In this document: positions 46,469 to 55,408 of the stretch, in pieces
How the letters are laid out: every line of letters starts with the position of its first letter
Position numbering within the stretch: position 1 is the first letter of the stretch
Source: Acidimicrobiaceae bacterium
GTDB lineage: Bacteria > Actinomycetota > Acidimicrobiia > Acidimicrobiales > Poriferisodalaceae
DNA length: 64,000 bases
Assembly: GCA_002708935.1 (NCBI GenBank)
Contig: PAPO01000024.1
Location: forward strand, 50,826 to 114,825
Reading direction: 5' to 3'
Translations under genes and position numbers: made by a program
Notes under the pieces: generated by a model
The model's input: only the letters and a program-made list of their open reading frames with translations
What the model was told of the DNA's origin: nothing
Databases searched by the model: none

Positions 46469-47680
46469 TTAATTTTCTGCGGCGTTGGTCTTTCCTTGAC
46501 TCGCCGTGATCTTAAGAGCGTCGGCTGCCTTTTCATTTGACATGATTTTATCGAGAATCGCTTCACCAGCTCGGTTGAAGGCCGTCCGCTCGTTGGACAC
46601 GAACTGCTGAGATTCCCGTAGTTTCTTTGTGTAGCCGTTTATTTCCGGAATGACGTAACGAGCGACCAGGTCCCAACTGTTTGATGTGTCTCGGGGAGTA
46701 GCCCAGTCGTGGACGAATCCTATTGCTGTTCCGAAACCGCCTGTGATCTCGTACATCTTGTGAATGAAATCGACTAAATCGTCGGGCGTTCCCACTACGG
46801 CCGATTGCACGACACCTTTAGCAGCACCACCGCTGACTGCTTCTAAGGCTTCATCGGGGTCGTCGTAGGCGACAGTCCCCGGTCGTTGGAGCGTTCCAAC
46901 GATGTATTCGTTGTGCCAGCGTTGAAGGCCCTCCCGAGCTTGACTTCTCGCAAGTTCTCTAGTTTCAGCCAAATGCCAGTTCAGAAGCACTCGCCAGTCT
47001 GCTCGGTCAACTGTCGATCCCGATTCAAGAGCTGCGTCTTCAGCGAAACCCCACTGTGTGCCGAGCGCAGTAATACCCTCTGATGCCATTGAACCGATGG
47101 AAATAACTCCAATGCCGTACTTGCCTGCCAAAGTCATGCCGGAAGGAGAAACCATTGACGCGGTGGCCGCAGGAATTTGCTCTTGCACTGGGAGTAATTG
47201 CAGCTGAGCATCTTTCATCGTGAACCAGTCGGTCTCATAAGAGAACCGAGGTTCGCCACGGAGAAGACGCAAGATCACTCCGAGAGCTTCGTCTTGGCGA
47301 TCACGAAGCAGCATTGGATCAATGTCGAACGTATGAGCATCTGAGGGTAAAGCACCAGGCCCTGTGCCGAAAATAACTCGCCCTGCAGTCATGTGGTCTA
47401 GTTGAACGATGCGCTGAGCGACATTGAACGGATGGTGATAAGGCAGTGAAACAACTCCTGTGCCTAGTTTGATGCGAGAGGTGCGCTCTCCTGCGGCAGC
47501 CAAGAACATTTCAGGACTTGCAATCATCTCCCAGCCGGACGAATGGTGCTCACCGCACCAAAATTCATCAAGGCCCAACTGTTCAAGTTGAACCACCAGA
47601 TCCAAGTCCCGGCGAAATTGAAGCATCGGATTTTCGCCTATCGGGTGGTGCGGCGCAAGAAAGGCTCCGAAACGCATCAC
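46469..47680 (-). CDS. LLM-class flavin-dependent monooxygenase (limonene-1,2-monooxygenase-like)
   Basis: 403 aa with MRFGAFLAPHHP...LDEFWCGEHHS, typical of luciferase-like monooxygenases. Confidence 0.8.
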   Translation of the reverse strand: MMRFGAFLAPHHPIGENPMLQFRRDLDLVVQLEQLGLDEFWCGEHHSSGWEMIASPEMFLAAAGERTSRIKLGTGVVSLPYHHPFNVAQRIVQLDHMTAGRVIFGTGPGALPSDAHTFDIDPMLLRDRQDEALGVILRLLRGEPRFSYETDWFTMKDAQLQLLPVQEQIPAATASMVSPSGMTLAGKYGIGVISIGSMASEGITALGTQWGFAEDAALESGSTVDRADWRVLLNWHLAETRELARSQAREGLQRWHNEYIVGTLQRPGTVAYDDPDEALEAVSGGAAKGVVQSAVVGTPDDLVDFIHKMYEITGGFGTAIGFVHDWATPRDTSNSWDLVARYVIPEINGYTKKLRESQQFVSNERTAFNRAGEAILDKIMSNEKAADALKITASQGKTNAAEN

Positions 47681-47791
47681 AAAGCCTGACGGATCGATGT
47701 TCGGGACAAGGGTTTCAAGATAGGCATGAGAAGAACCTAGTAGGTAGGGCGCCCAACTCGAATTAAAGATGGAGAGCGAGCTATCAAATCC

Positions 47792-48010
47792 CTATGTCGG
47801 CTGTGGCGGTGACTCGCCGTCGTCGCCCCAGGTATGAGGTGGACCAAATCTAGATTCGTTTAACACATTCAACGCGGTAGAAAGCGAGAACCCGATGAAC
47901 ATCCCGAAGCCAGTGAAAATTACAGGGATGCTTTTCATGAGGATGCCAAGCCATGAAACGGCAACCCCAACGGCAATGAACCAGGCTGGTTCGATGGGTC
48001 GGTTTAGCAT
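47792..48010 (-). CDS. Small putative membrane protein (72 aa, two hydrophobic segments)
   Basis: Track ORF with two predicted TM stretches (WFIAVGVAVSWLGILM and IFTGFGMFIGFSL). No family recognised. Confidence 0.35.
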   Translation of the reverse strand: MLNRPIEPAWFIAVGVAVSWLGILMKSIPVIFTGFGMFIGFSLSTALNVLNESRFGPPHTWGDDGESPPQPT

Positions 48011-48166
48011 GGTTGCTCCCTAAACAATTGAACGTATGAGAATGATGTCGTCGTCCGCAGCTTCTGGGCAGTCACTGAAGCCAATGAACTTCCCATAGGT
48101 TTTAGCAGTATGCAGATATTCTCGATAGTGAACTGAAAAAGCTTCCGAGGTAAAGCAGGTACTCCA

Positions 48167-49036
48167 GTGGACCGGGAACAATCTTCAACAGGAATGATGT
48201 TTAACACCGACCGGATGCCCGGTGACTCGCTGAAAGATTTCGGGAAACAGATTGAATCAATAGGTATCGATACGTTGTGGTTGCCCGAGCTGTTTGGCAG
48301 GGAACCATTTGCCACAGCAGCCCATCTATTGTCCTCCACAACGCACCTTCGCGTCGGTACAGGAATAGCGAACGTATACGCGCGCGACGCAACTGCCGCT
48401 GCAGCAGGCGCTCGTACCTTGTCAGAATTTTCCTCCGGAAGGTTCGTTTTAGGGCTCGGAGTTTCCAACTCCGGATTAGCGCAAGCCCGCGGGCATGATT
48501 GGGAGCCGCCCGTACAAAAGCTACGAGAGTATGTCAAAGCAGTCCGTTCAGCCGAGCTGTCGATTCCAGGCGACTACGAGCTCGAAATCCACGTTGCCGC
48601 GCACGGGCCCAAGATGCTCACCGCTGTCAGAGATTTAGTTGATGGAGTCAGCACATTCTTGCAAACCCCAACCCACACTGCGGAAACGCGGAAGCGAATC
48701 GGTCCCGACGTAGCGCTGAATGTGACACAAATGTGCCTATTAACTGAAGACCCAGCCGAAGCTCGGCGCTTAGCTCGAAAGGCGCTTGCTTTTTACGTCA
48801 GTCTTGATTACTACCATCGAGCTTGGCGTAAGCTCGGATTCACTGAGGACGACTTCACGGACGGCGGAAGCGACCGGCTGATCGATGCGTTAGTGGCTTG
48901 GGGAGACCCTGAGACTATTTCGCTCCGCCTGAGCGAACATCGCAATGTTGGAGCGACAGAGATGGTGATCATTCCCTTGAATCCGGCAGGCGGCGCAGAA
49001 CCCCATCTGCAACTTCTTGAAGCCTTAACCAAATAA
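48167..49036 (+). CDS. LLM-class F420-dependent oxidoreductase (start uncertain)
   Basis: 289 aa with IDTLWLPELFGREPF, LRVGTGIANVYARD and FVLGLGVSN patterns. Confidence 0.75.
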   Translation: MDREQSSTGMMFNTDRMPGDSLKDFGKQIESIGIDTLWLPELFGREPFATAAHLLSSTTHLRVGTGIANVYARDATAAAAGARTLSEFSSGRFVLGLGVSNSGLAQARGHDWEPPVQKLREYVKAVRSAELSIPGDYELEIHVAAHGPKMLTAVRDLVDGVSTFLQTPTHTAETRKRIGPDVALNVTQMCLLTEDPAEARRLARKALAFYVSLDYYHRAWRKLGFTEDDFTDGGSDRLIDALVAWGDPETISLRLSEHRNVGATEMVIIPLNPAGGAEPHLQLLEALTK

Positions 49037-49075
49037 GCGCCTAGGCTGTCACGGACCGATTCAGGAGGAGTACTG

Positions 49076-50155
49076 GTGAGTGGACGACCTCGTGCGGTAG
49101 TGGACAGCCTCCCGCAGTACAAACCAGGAAAATCAGCGGCGCAAGCTGCAGCTGATCACCAACTAAGCGAAGCGATCAAGCTTGCTTCAAACGAGAGTTC
49201 CCATGGCCCTCTGCCGTCGGTATTGGCAGCTGTCGCCGATGGTGCCAATCTCTTGAACCGTTATCCCGATCATCGAGGTCAGGCGTTGCGGGCGGCGATA
49301 TCGGAGAAACAAGGCGTCGGCCAGGATCAAGTAACTGTTGGTTGCGGTTCGGTCGGATTGTTACAACAAGCCTTCACCGCATACGTTGGCGCGGGTGACG
49401 AGGTTGTGTACCCATGGCGTTCTTTTGAAGTCCACCCCGTATTTAGCGCTATTGCAGAAGCACGTGCGGTCACAGTCCCACTCAAAGACCAGGCATTCGA
49501 TCTAGAAGCTGTTGAAGCAGCGGTTACTGAACGCACAAAGCTCGTAATCCTGTCAACTCCGAATAACCCAACTGGCACAGTCTGCAGCACGCACGACCTC
49601 AACAAATTGCTGGATGCGTTGAGTGATGATGTTGTGGTCATAATCGATGAGGCATATCTCGAGTTCGTAACTGATGAATCAGTACGCAACCCTGTCACCG
49701 ATATCTTGCCTCGGCACCATAACGCTGTGGTCTTCAGGACCTTCTCAAAGGCGTACGGCCTCGCGAATCTTCGTGTCGGGTACGCGCTCGGCCATTCTGA
49801 CGTGATCGGAGCCATCGACAAGGTAGCGCTTCCGTTTCTCGTCAACGGATTAGCCCAGGCTGCAGTGCTGGCATCCCTTGAAGCAGCTGCTGAGAAAGAA
49901 CTCGAAGAGCGTGTAGTCGAGGTCATTCAAGAACGAAGTCGCGTTACGGAAGCACTCGGTAAGTTGGGTTGGCCCGTCACTCCAAGTCAGGCAAATTTTC
50001 TTTGGCTTCCGGTTGAGAAAGAAGCTGGTCCACTTTTTCAGCGACTTGAAGGTGAAGGCATAGTTACGCGCCCATTTGAGGACGAGGGCGTGCGAGTTAC
50101 TATCGGCACCCCTGAGGAAAATAATCGGTTTCTTGAGCAAATCGGCCCAAGGTAG
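49076..50155 (+). CDS. Histidinol-phosphate/aromatic aminotransferase (class II, HisC-like)
   Basis: 359 aa with LASNESSHGP, NPNNPTG and RTFSKAYGLANLRVGY (PLP-lysine) motifs. Confidence 0.8.
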   Translation: MSGRPRAVVDSLPQYKPGKSAAQAAADHQLSEAIKLASNESSHGPLPSVLAAVADGANLLNRYPDHRGQALRAAISEKQGVGQDQVTVGCGSVGLLQQAFTAYVGAGDEVVYPWRSFEVHPVFSAIAEARAVTVPLKDQAFDLEAVEAAVTERTKLVILSTPNNPTGTVCSTHDLNKLLDALSDDVVVIIDEAYLEFVTDESVRNPVTDILPRHHNAVVFRTFSKAYGLANLRVGYALGHSDVIGAIDKVALPFLVNGLAQAAVLASLEAAAEKELEERVVEVIQERSRVTEALGKLGWPVTPSQANFLWLPVEKEAGPLFQRLEGEGIVTRPFEDEGVRVTIGTPEENNRFLEQIGPR

Positions 50156-50213
50156 AAGATCTTCTAGGCTGCGAAAAGAAACACTGAACTAGTCGAAAGT
50201 AGCGGAGGTCAAC

Positions 50214-51641
50214 ATGTTTATCGATGGAGCGTGGGTTGAGGCACGATCTGGCGAAACCTTCGACGTCACAAACCCTGCCACCGGTGAAGTACTTGGCACA
50301 GTTCCGGCAGGCGATGCGAGTGATGCAACGGCAGCCATAGACGCCGCAAGTCGAGCCTTTCCTGCTTGGTCGAGCACGACAGCCTATGAACGTTCGAGGC
50401 TCCTGTATCGGGCATGGGAACTGATGACGGAACGGAGCGAAGCACTAGCCCAGCTCATGACGTCGGAACAAGGAAAGCCGTTGAAGGCATCTCGGGCGGA
50501 AGTTAAGTACGCAGCGGATTTTTTAATTTGGTTCGCTGAAGAAGCCAAACGAGTGACTGGCGAATGGCTACCTTCTCAACGAGCAGATCAGCGGTTCCTT
50601 TCAGTGAAAGCTCCCGTAGGAGTTGTAGCTGCCGTAACCCCATGGAATTACCCGATTTCCATGCTCACTAGAAAGATGGGTCCAGCGTTAGCTGCTGGCT
50701 GCACCCTGGTTCTCAAACCAGCTGAAGCGACACCTCTTTGTGCGAAAGCAACCTATGAAGTATTCATCGACGCCGGGTTCCCTGAAGGCGTCATCAATTT
50801 AGTTACGGCTGTCGATCCGGTGCCGATAGGAGACGTCTTCACCGGAGATCCCAGAGTTGCGAAACTAACCTTTACTGGCAGCACTGCGGTTGGACGAACT
50901 CTCGCGGCTAAATCAGCGGCCAATCTGCAGCGAATTTCGGTTGAACTGGGTGGACACGCCCCGTTCATAGTCTTTCCTGACGCCGACCCAGTGCATGCCG
51001 CCAAGGGTGCAGCTGCTCTTAAATTTTTGAACGCCGGCCAAGCGTGTATCAGTCCAAACCGTCTTTATGTGCCCAACTCCCTGCGTTCCGAATTCGAAGA
51101 AACCCTTTGCAGTCGAGTCAGCAAACTACAGACCGGCAATGGAATGGAAGACGGCATCGGTGTCGGTCCTTTAGTGAACGATGCCGCCGTATCAAAGGTT
51201 GAGCAACAGGTCGAAGACGCTCGAGAGAAAGGCGCTGGAGTACCGGTGGGAGGCGCACGCCTAACAGAAGGAGAGCATGCGAGCGGCCACTTCTTCGCTC
51301 CGACAGTGTTAACGGACGTGCGTCCTGAGATGACGATCTATCGGGAAGAGACTTTCGGGCCAGTAGCTCCCGTAATTGGTTATGACGATCCGGAACAGGT
51401 GCTCGAGCTAGCAAATGACACTAATTACGGGTTGGCGGCTTACGTATACACGCGCGACATATCGGTTGCTATGCGTGCTTTCGAGGCACTCAGGTTTGGG
51501 ATCATTGGTATCAACGACGTAAATCCGACCTCAGCTTCGGTGCCATTTGGAGGGATGGGGGACTCTGGTGTCGGGCGTGAAGGTGGTCACGAAGGAATTA
51601 GCGAGTACCTCGAAACCAAAACAGGCGGTTTCGCCATCTAG
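50214..51641 (+). CDS. gabD: NAD(P)-dependent succinate-semialdehyde dehydrogenase-like aldehyde dehydrogenase
   Basis: 475 aa with VAAVTPWNYP, ELGGHAP (catalytic Glu), GQACISPNR (catalytic Cys) and EETFGPVAP. Confidence 0.8.
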   Translation: MFIDGAWVEARSGETFDVTNPATGEVLGTVPAGDASDATAAIDAASRAFPAWSSTTAYERSRLLYRAWELMTERSEALAQLMTSEQGKPLKASRAEVKYAADFLIWFAEEAKRVTGEWLPSQRADQRFLSVKAPVGVVAAVTPWNYPISMLTRKMGPALAAGCTLVLKPAEATPLCAKATYEVFIDAGFPEGVINLVTAVDPVPIGDVFTGDPRVAKLTFTGSTAVGRTLAAKSAANLQRISVELGGHAPFIVFPDADPVHAAKGAAALKFLNAGQACISPNRLYVPNSLRSEFEETLCSRVSKLQTGNGMEDGIGVGPLVNDAAVSKVEQQVEDAREKGAGVPVGGARLTEGEHASGHFFAPTVLTDVRPEMTIYREETFGPVAPVIGYDDPEQVLELANDTNYGLAAYVYTRDISVAMRAFEALRFGIIGINDVNPTSASVPFGGMGDSGVGREGGHEGISEYLETKTGGFAI

Positions 51642-51661
51642 CTACTTGTGTGCAAAAGAGG

Positions 51662-53080
51662 TTAAGCAAGCTGGTCGATCAGAGCCCAAAGAGCATCAAC
51701 ATGTCGCTGCTCGGTTGCGCGTTGACCAATTGATACCCGAATCATGGGACGCCCATCGAGCTCGGAACCAGTCCACGCAACCTCACCACTTGCATTAACT
51801 GCCTCGATTAATCGAGTCGTTGCCTCATCACTTTCCGTGCACCTGAAGCAGACGAGAGCAAACGGGTGGGGCGCCACGAGATCAAAGCGGGGATCGCTTT
51901 CCAAGCGATTCGCTAACTGTTCGGCGAGAGCTACGTGGTAGCGGATCATCGACCGAAGTCCCTCGGCCCCATAACTTCGAATAACCCACCACAGTTTCAG
52001 GGCTCGAAAACGACGGCCGAGAGGCACGTGCCAATCACGGTAGTCAATAACAGCACCAGACTCACTCGCCTCATTTTTTAAATATGGCGGCAAAATGCTG
52101 AGGCAGTCGATAAGGGGACCGCGATCTGCCACGTAAAAAACAGAGCAATCGAAGTTAACCATCAACCATTTGTGTGGGTTGAATGTGTAGCTATGGGCGA
52201 GCTCTACACCGTCTTGGTGGTGTCTGAACTCAGGACAAAGCATCGCGTTGCCGGCGTAGGCGGCATCTATGTGTAACCATAAATCTTCGTTACGACAGAT
52301 CTCTCCGATCGAACGAATGGGATCAATTCCAGTTGTCCCGGTCGTTCCAACTGTCGCAGCAACAAAGACAGGGTTGAGCCCGTTTGCTCGATCACGATCG
52401 ATCGCAGCACGGAGATCTTGCGGGCGCATTGCCTGCTCTTCGTCCACATCGATGAGTGTTATATGACCATACCCAGCTACCGTTGCGCCTTTTTGGATTG
52501 AACTGTGCGTTTGAGTTGAAGCGTAAGCAACCATCGAATCGGGGCTGATTTCCAACTTGGCTGCTTGGTGCCGGGCTACAACAAGTGCAGTATGGGTTGA
52601 GTCTGAGGCGCTCATCTGCAGCACACCACCACCTTGTTCTGTGGTTTTCCAGGAGGTAGGCAGATCCAACAGGTCGACCAACCAATCGAGCACATGACTT
52701 TCGATTTCAGTAGCCGCCGGCGACGTTGACCAAAGCATTCCTTGAACACCTAACCCGGCTGAAACCAGTTCAGCTAGGACGGAAGGCGGCGAAGCATTAG
52801 CTGGAAAGAAAGAGAACCAAGACGGGTGCTGCCAATGGGTTATGCCTGGCATGACCACCGAATCAAGGTCCTTAATAAGGTTTTCAAATGGTTCGCCTGT
52901 TTCGGGAGCATTGGGAGGCAGATGATCACGAATTGCGCCAGGGGCTGCGCGAGACACCACTGGAAGTTCTTCGACGTTTTCCCAGTAGTCAGCGATCCAG
53001 TCGATCAAAGCATGCCCATGCTCGCGAAAGTCGTCTGACGATAAATGCTCGGGAGGTTCAGGAAGATTCTTGTCGGTCAT
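51662..53080 (-). CDS. Pyridoxal-dependent (group II) aromatic-L-amino-acid/tyrosine decarboxylase-like enzyme
   Basis: 472 aa with HWQHPSWFSFFPAN, HIDAAYAG and FNPHKWL (PLP-lysine) motifs. Confidence 0.85.
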   Translation of the reverse strand: MTDKNLPEPPEHLSSDDFREHGHALIDWIADYWENVEELPVVSRAAPGAIRDHLPPNAPETGEPFENLIKDLDSVVMPGITHWQHPSWFSFFPANASPPSVLAELVSAGLGVQGMLWSTSPAATEIESHVLDWLVDLLDLPTSWKTTEQGGGVLQMSASDSTHTALVVARHQAAKLEISPDSMVAYASTQTHSSIQKGATVAGYGHITLIDVDEEQAMRPQDLRAAIDRDRANGLNPVFVAATVGTTGTTGIDPIRSIGEICRNEDLWLHIDAAYAGNAMLCPEFRHHQDGVELAHSYTFNPHKWLMVNFDCSVFYVADRGPLIDCLSILPPYLKNEASESGAVIDYRDWHVPLGRRFRALKLWWVIRSYGAEGLRSMIRYHVALAEQLANRLESDPRFDLVAPHPFALVCFRCTESDEATTRLIEAVNASGEVAWTGSELDGRPMIRVSIGQRATEQRHVDALWALIDQLA

Positions 53081-53191
53081 GGTGTGCCCTCAGGGAGAAT
53101 CGGTGACGAAAGATCGCAGACCTCTTTAGGCATCGTAGCGTCGCGAAACGTTGGAATAGCCGGCACTGCGGACGCAGCCTACGATCTAACT

Positions 53192-53950
53192 ATGAAGAGA
53201 CTTGCAGGACGCGTTGCCGCAATAACAGGTGGTGGTTCAGGAATCGGGAGGTCGACGGCCGTTCGATTTGCCGAAGAAGGGGCGACTGTCGTCACAATCG
53301 ACCTTGACGCAAAAGCTGCAGCAGCTACGTCTGAAATAGCTGAACAACACGGTGGAACTTGTGCCTGGTACGAGTCAGACGTTTCTCATCACGAAGCAGC
53401 CGACGAGATAGCAAATGACATCGTCGAACGATTTGGGTCACTGGACGTACTTGTTACAGCTGCAGGGATTTCAGTTGGCAAGACGGTTCCTGACACTCTC
53501 CCTGAAGAGTGGGACGACATTTTTGCTGTGAACGTCAAAGGCACTTATCTCTGGATGAGAGCGAGTATTCCGCGGATGTCGAGCGGCGGTTCGATCACCG
53601 CTATAGCTTCACAACTTGCCGTCTCGGGAGGGATATCTAATGCAGCCTACATCGCCTCGAAAGGCGCGATAGTAAGCCTGTGTCGCACGGCTGCAAATGA
53701 CCACGCTCCGCAAGGTATTCGAGTCAATTGCATCCTCCCGGGAGCGACCGAGACTCCATTGTTGGAACGCTCCTTTGCCCGGTTTGAAGATCCAACTCCA
53801 TACATCGAGAGGTCCTTGTCTAGACACCCGCTTGGACGATTTGGGAAACCTGAAGAGGTAGCTGAGGCAGCATTGTTCCTGGCCTCGGACGACTCAAGCT
53901 TTACTACGGGTACCGAGTTGCGTGTTGATGGTGGGTGGATTGGCGGCTAG
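53192..53950 (+). CDS. Short-chain dehydrogenase/reductase (SDR)
   Basis: Start taken at ATG 53192 (MKRLAGRVAAITGGGSGIGRS, with TGxxxGxG). Has YIASKGA (YxxxK). The track ORF start at 53045 overlaps the convergent decarboxylase gene. Confidence 0.85.
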   Translation: MKRLAGRVAAITGGGSGIGRSTAVRFAEEGATVVTIDLDAKAAAATSEIAEQHGGTCAWYESDVSHHEAADEIANDIVERFGSLDVLVTAAGISVGKTVPDTLPEEWDDIFAVNVKGTYLWMRASIPRMSSGGSITAIASQLAVSGGISNAAYIASKGAIVSLCRTAANDHAPQGIRVNCILPGATETPLLERSFARFEDPTPYIERSLSRHPLGRFGKPEEVAEAALFLASDDSSFTTGTELRVDGGWIGG

Positions 53951-54351
53951 TGGTGTTGCTCTTCGGTATAGAACTTTGAACCCTGATCAAATTTGTTTGG
54001 CTTGAGGAAGAAACCCAAGATCACCGCGCCGTCCACGCTGCGAGCCTCATGCCGGTTGCCGGCTGGCCTCCATATGTAGTGACCGGGTAGGGCCTTCCCT
54101 TCATCGTCTTCAAACGAACCGGAAATGACCCAAGTTTGTTCAATGTCGGTGTGCTCATGAGCGGGAACCACTGCCCCTGGCTCCAGTTTGAAAAGGATCG
54201 TAGAACGGCCAGATATGGGATCCGACCACAACACCTTGTGTTCGATACCAGCGAATTCTGAAGCGGTCCAAGGCATTTCGTTGGGGTCTGTATAGACAGA
54301 CGCTAGCTCCGGCGGATTGTTGAAAGTAGTCATTGTCAGCCCCTTCAGCAC
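53947..54351 (-). CDS. Cupin domain protein (ChrR-like cupin)
   Basis: 134 aa with a His-rich cupin motif PAHEHTDIEQTWVISG and a later RHEA. Confidence 0.6.
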   Translation of the reverse strand: MLKGLTMTTFNNPPELASVYTDPNEMPWTASEFAGIEHKVLWSDPISGRSTILFKLEPGAVVPAHEHTDIEQTWVISGSFEDDEGKALPGHYIWRPAGNRHEARSVDGAVILGFFLKPNKFDQGSKFYTEEQHH

Positions 54352-54403
54352 CTAGAGTTCAACACAAATGGACGGCTGACGTCGGAACTGCGCTACGAGT
54401 GAG

Positions 54404-55195
54404 GTGAGCTTGATGACTTGGAAAGAAGTTGACAAGGGGTGGGGTGACCAAGCGAGGGTTTGGGCAACAGTTATGGAACCAAGATGGTGGCCCGAATTCG
54501 ACGCGGTGTTGAGAGCGACCAACGTAGGACAAGACATGGATTATCTAGACATTGCGTGTGGGTCTGGTCTCATGGTGAACATGGCGTCTAGACGGGGGGC
54601 GCGAGCGCATGGTCTAGATGCCTCCGATCGACTCCTCGAACTAGCTAAGCGACGCACTCCGACTGCAGATATACGTCATGGGGATATGAACGCGCTGCCT
54701 TGGAGCGATGGAAGTTTTGACGTGGCGACGAGTTGTCGTGGAATCTGGGGACCGAACCAAGAGGCGGTGCATGAAGCGGCGCGAGTTATCAAACCTGGAG
54801 GTTGTCTGGGCCTCAGTTTTTTTTCGGCGGGCCGAGAAGGTAGCCAGGTTGGTAAGGCATTCCATGCGATACGACGTTTGTCAGAACACGAAATTGACTG
54901 GTCCAAACAGTTGGGTGCAATCGGGTTCGAAGGTCGCGCCGAAGAAATGTGTGAAGCTGCAGGCCTAATCCCAGGTGGGCGGCAATCAGTTCAATTTGAT
55001 CTCGAGGGAGCTGATATCGAGCACGAAGTAAGGGCGTGGATGTCCGCAGGGCCAGCATGGATGGCCATTCAAGAACGGGGAGCTGAAGAGGTCGAACGCT
55101 CGATTCGGGAGGAACTTTCTGAGTTGGAAGAACCGGGGCTTGGTGTGAGAACTCAGGTGCTCATCGAATACGTGGTAGCGACAAAGCCAGCCTGA
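54404..55195 (+). CDS. Class I SAM-dependent methyltransferase
   Basis: 263 aa with motif I YLDIACGSGL, then GLDAS and IKPGGCL. Confidence 0.7.
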   Translation: MSLMTWKEVDKGWGDQARVWATVMEPRWWPEFDAVLRATNVGQDMDYLDIACGSGLMVNMASRRGARAHGLDASDRLLELAKRRTPTADIRHGDMNALPWSDGSFDVATSCRGIWGPNQEAVHEAARVIKPGGCLGLSFFSAGREGSQVGKAFHAIRRLSEHEIDWSKQLGAIGFEGRAEEMCEAAGLIPGGRQSVQFDLEGADIEHEVRAWMSAGPAWMAIQERGAEEVERSIREELSELEEPGLGVRTQVLIEYVVATKPA

Positions 55196-55408
55196 ACTTG
55201 TTGAGGGCTAGCGGTGAGATGTTCGCCGTTCTAAATAGCTGACTAATTCTCAGCTGATTAACGACTGTCACACGGCCTTCAACGGTTGGGTTGGCGTTGA
55301 TTCACCGGCTCCCTGGTCGGTGTTGGGAAGCAGCGCAAGCCTTGAGTCAGCGGGTCCCTCAATTGACCTTCTATTATGTGTGCAAATGAATCCTAGGGGG
55401 AGTGGATC

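Noticed and set aside
53045-53191. The track gives an N-terminal extension of the SDR ORF.
   Set aside because: It overlaps the start region of the convergently annotated decarboxylase, and the Rossmann motif follows immediately after the ATG at 53192.
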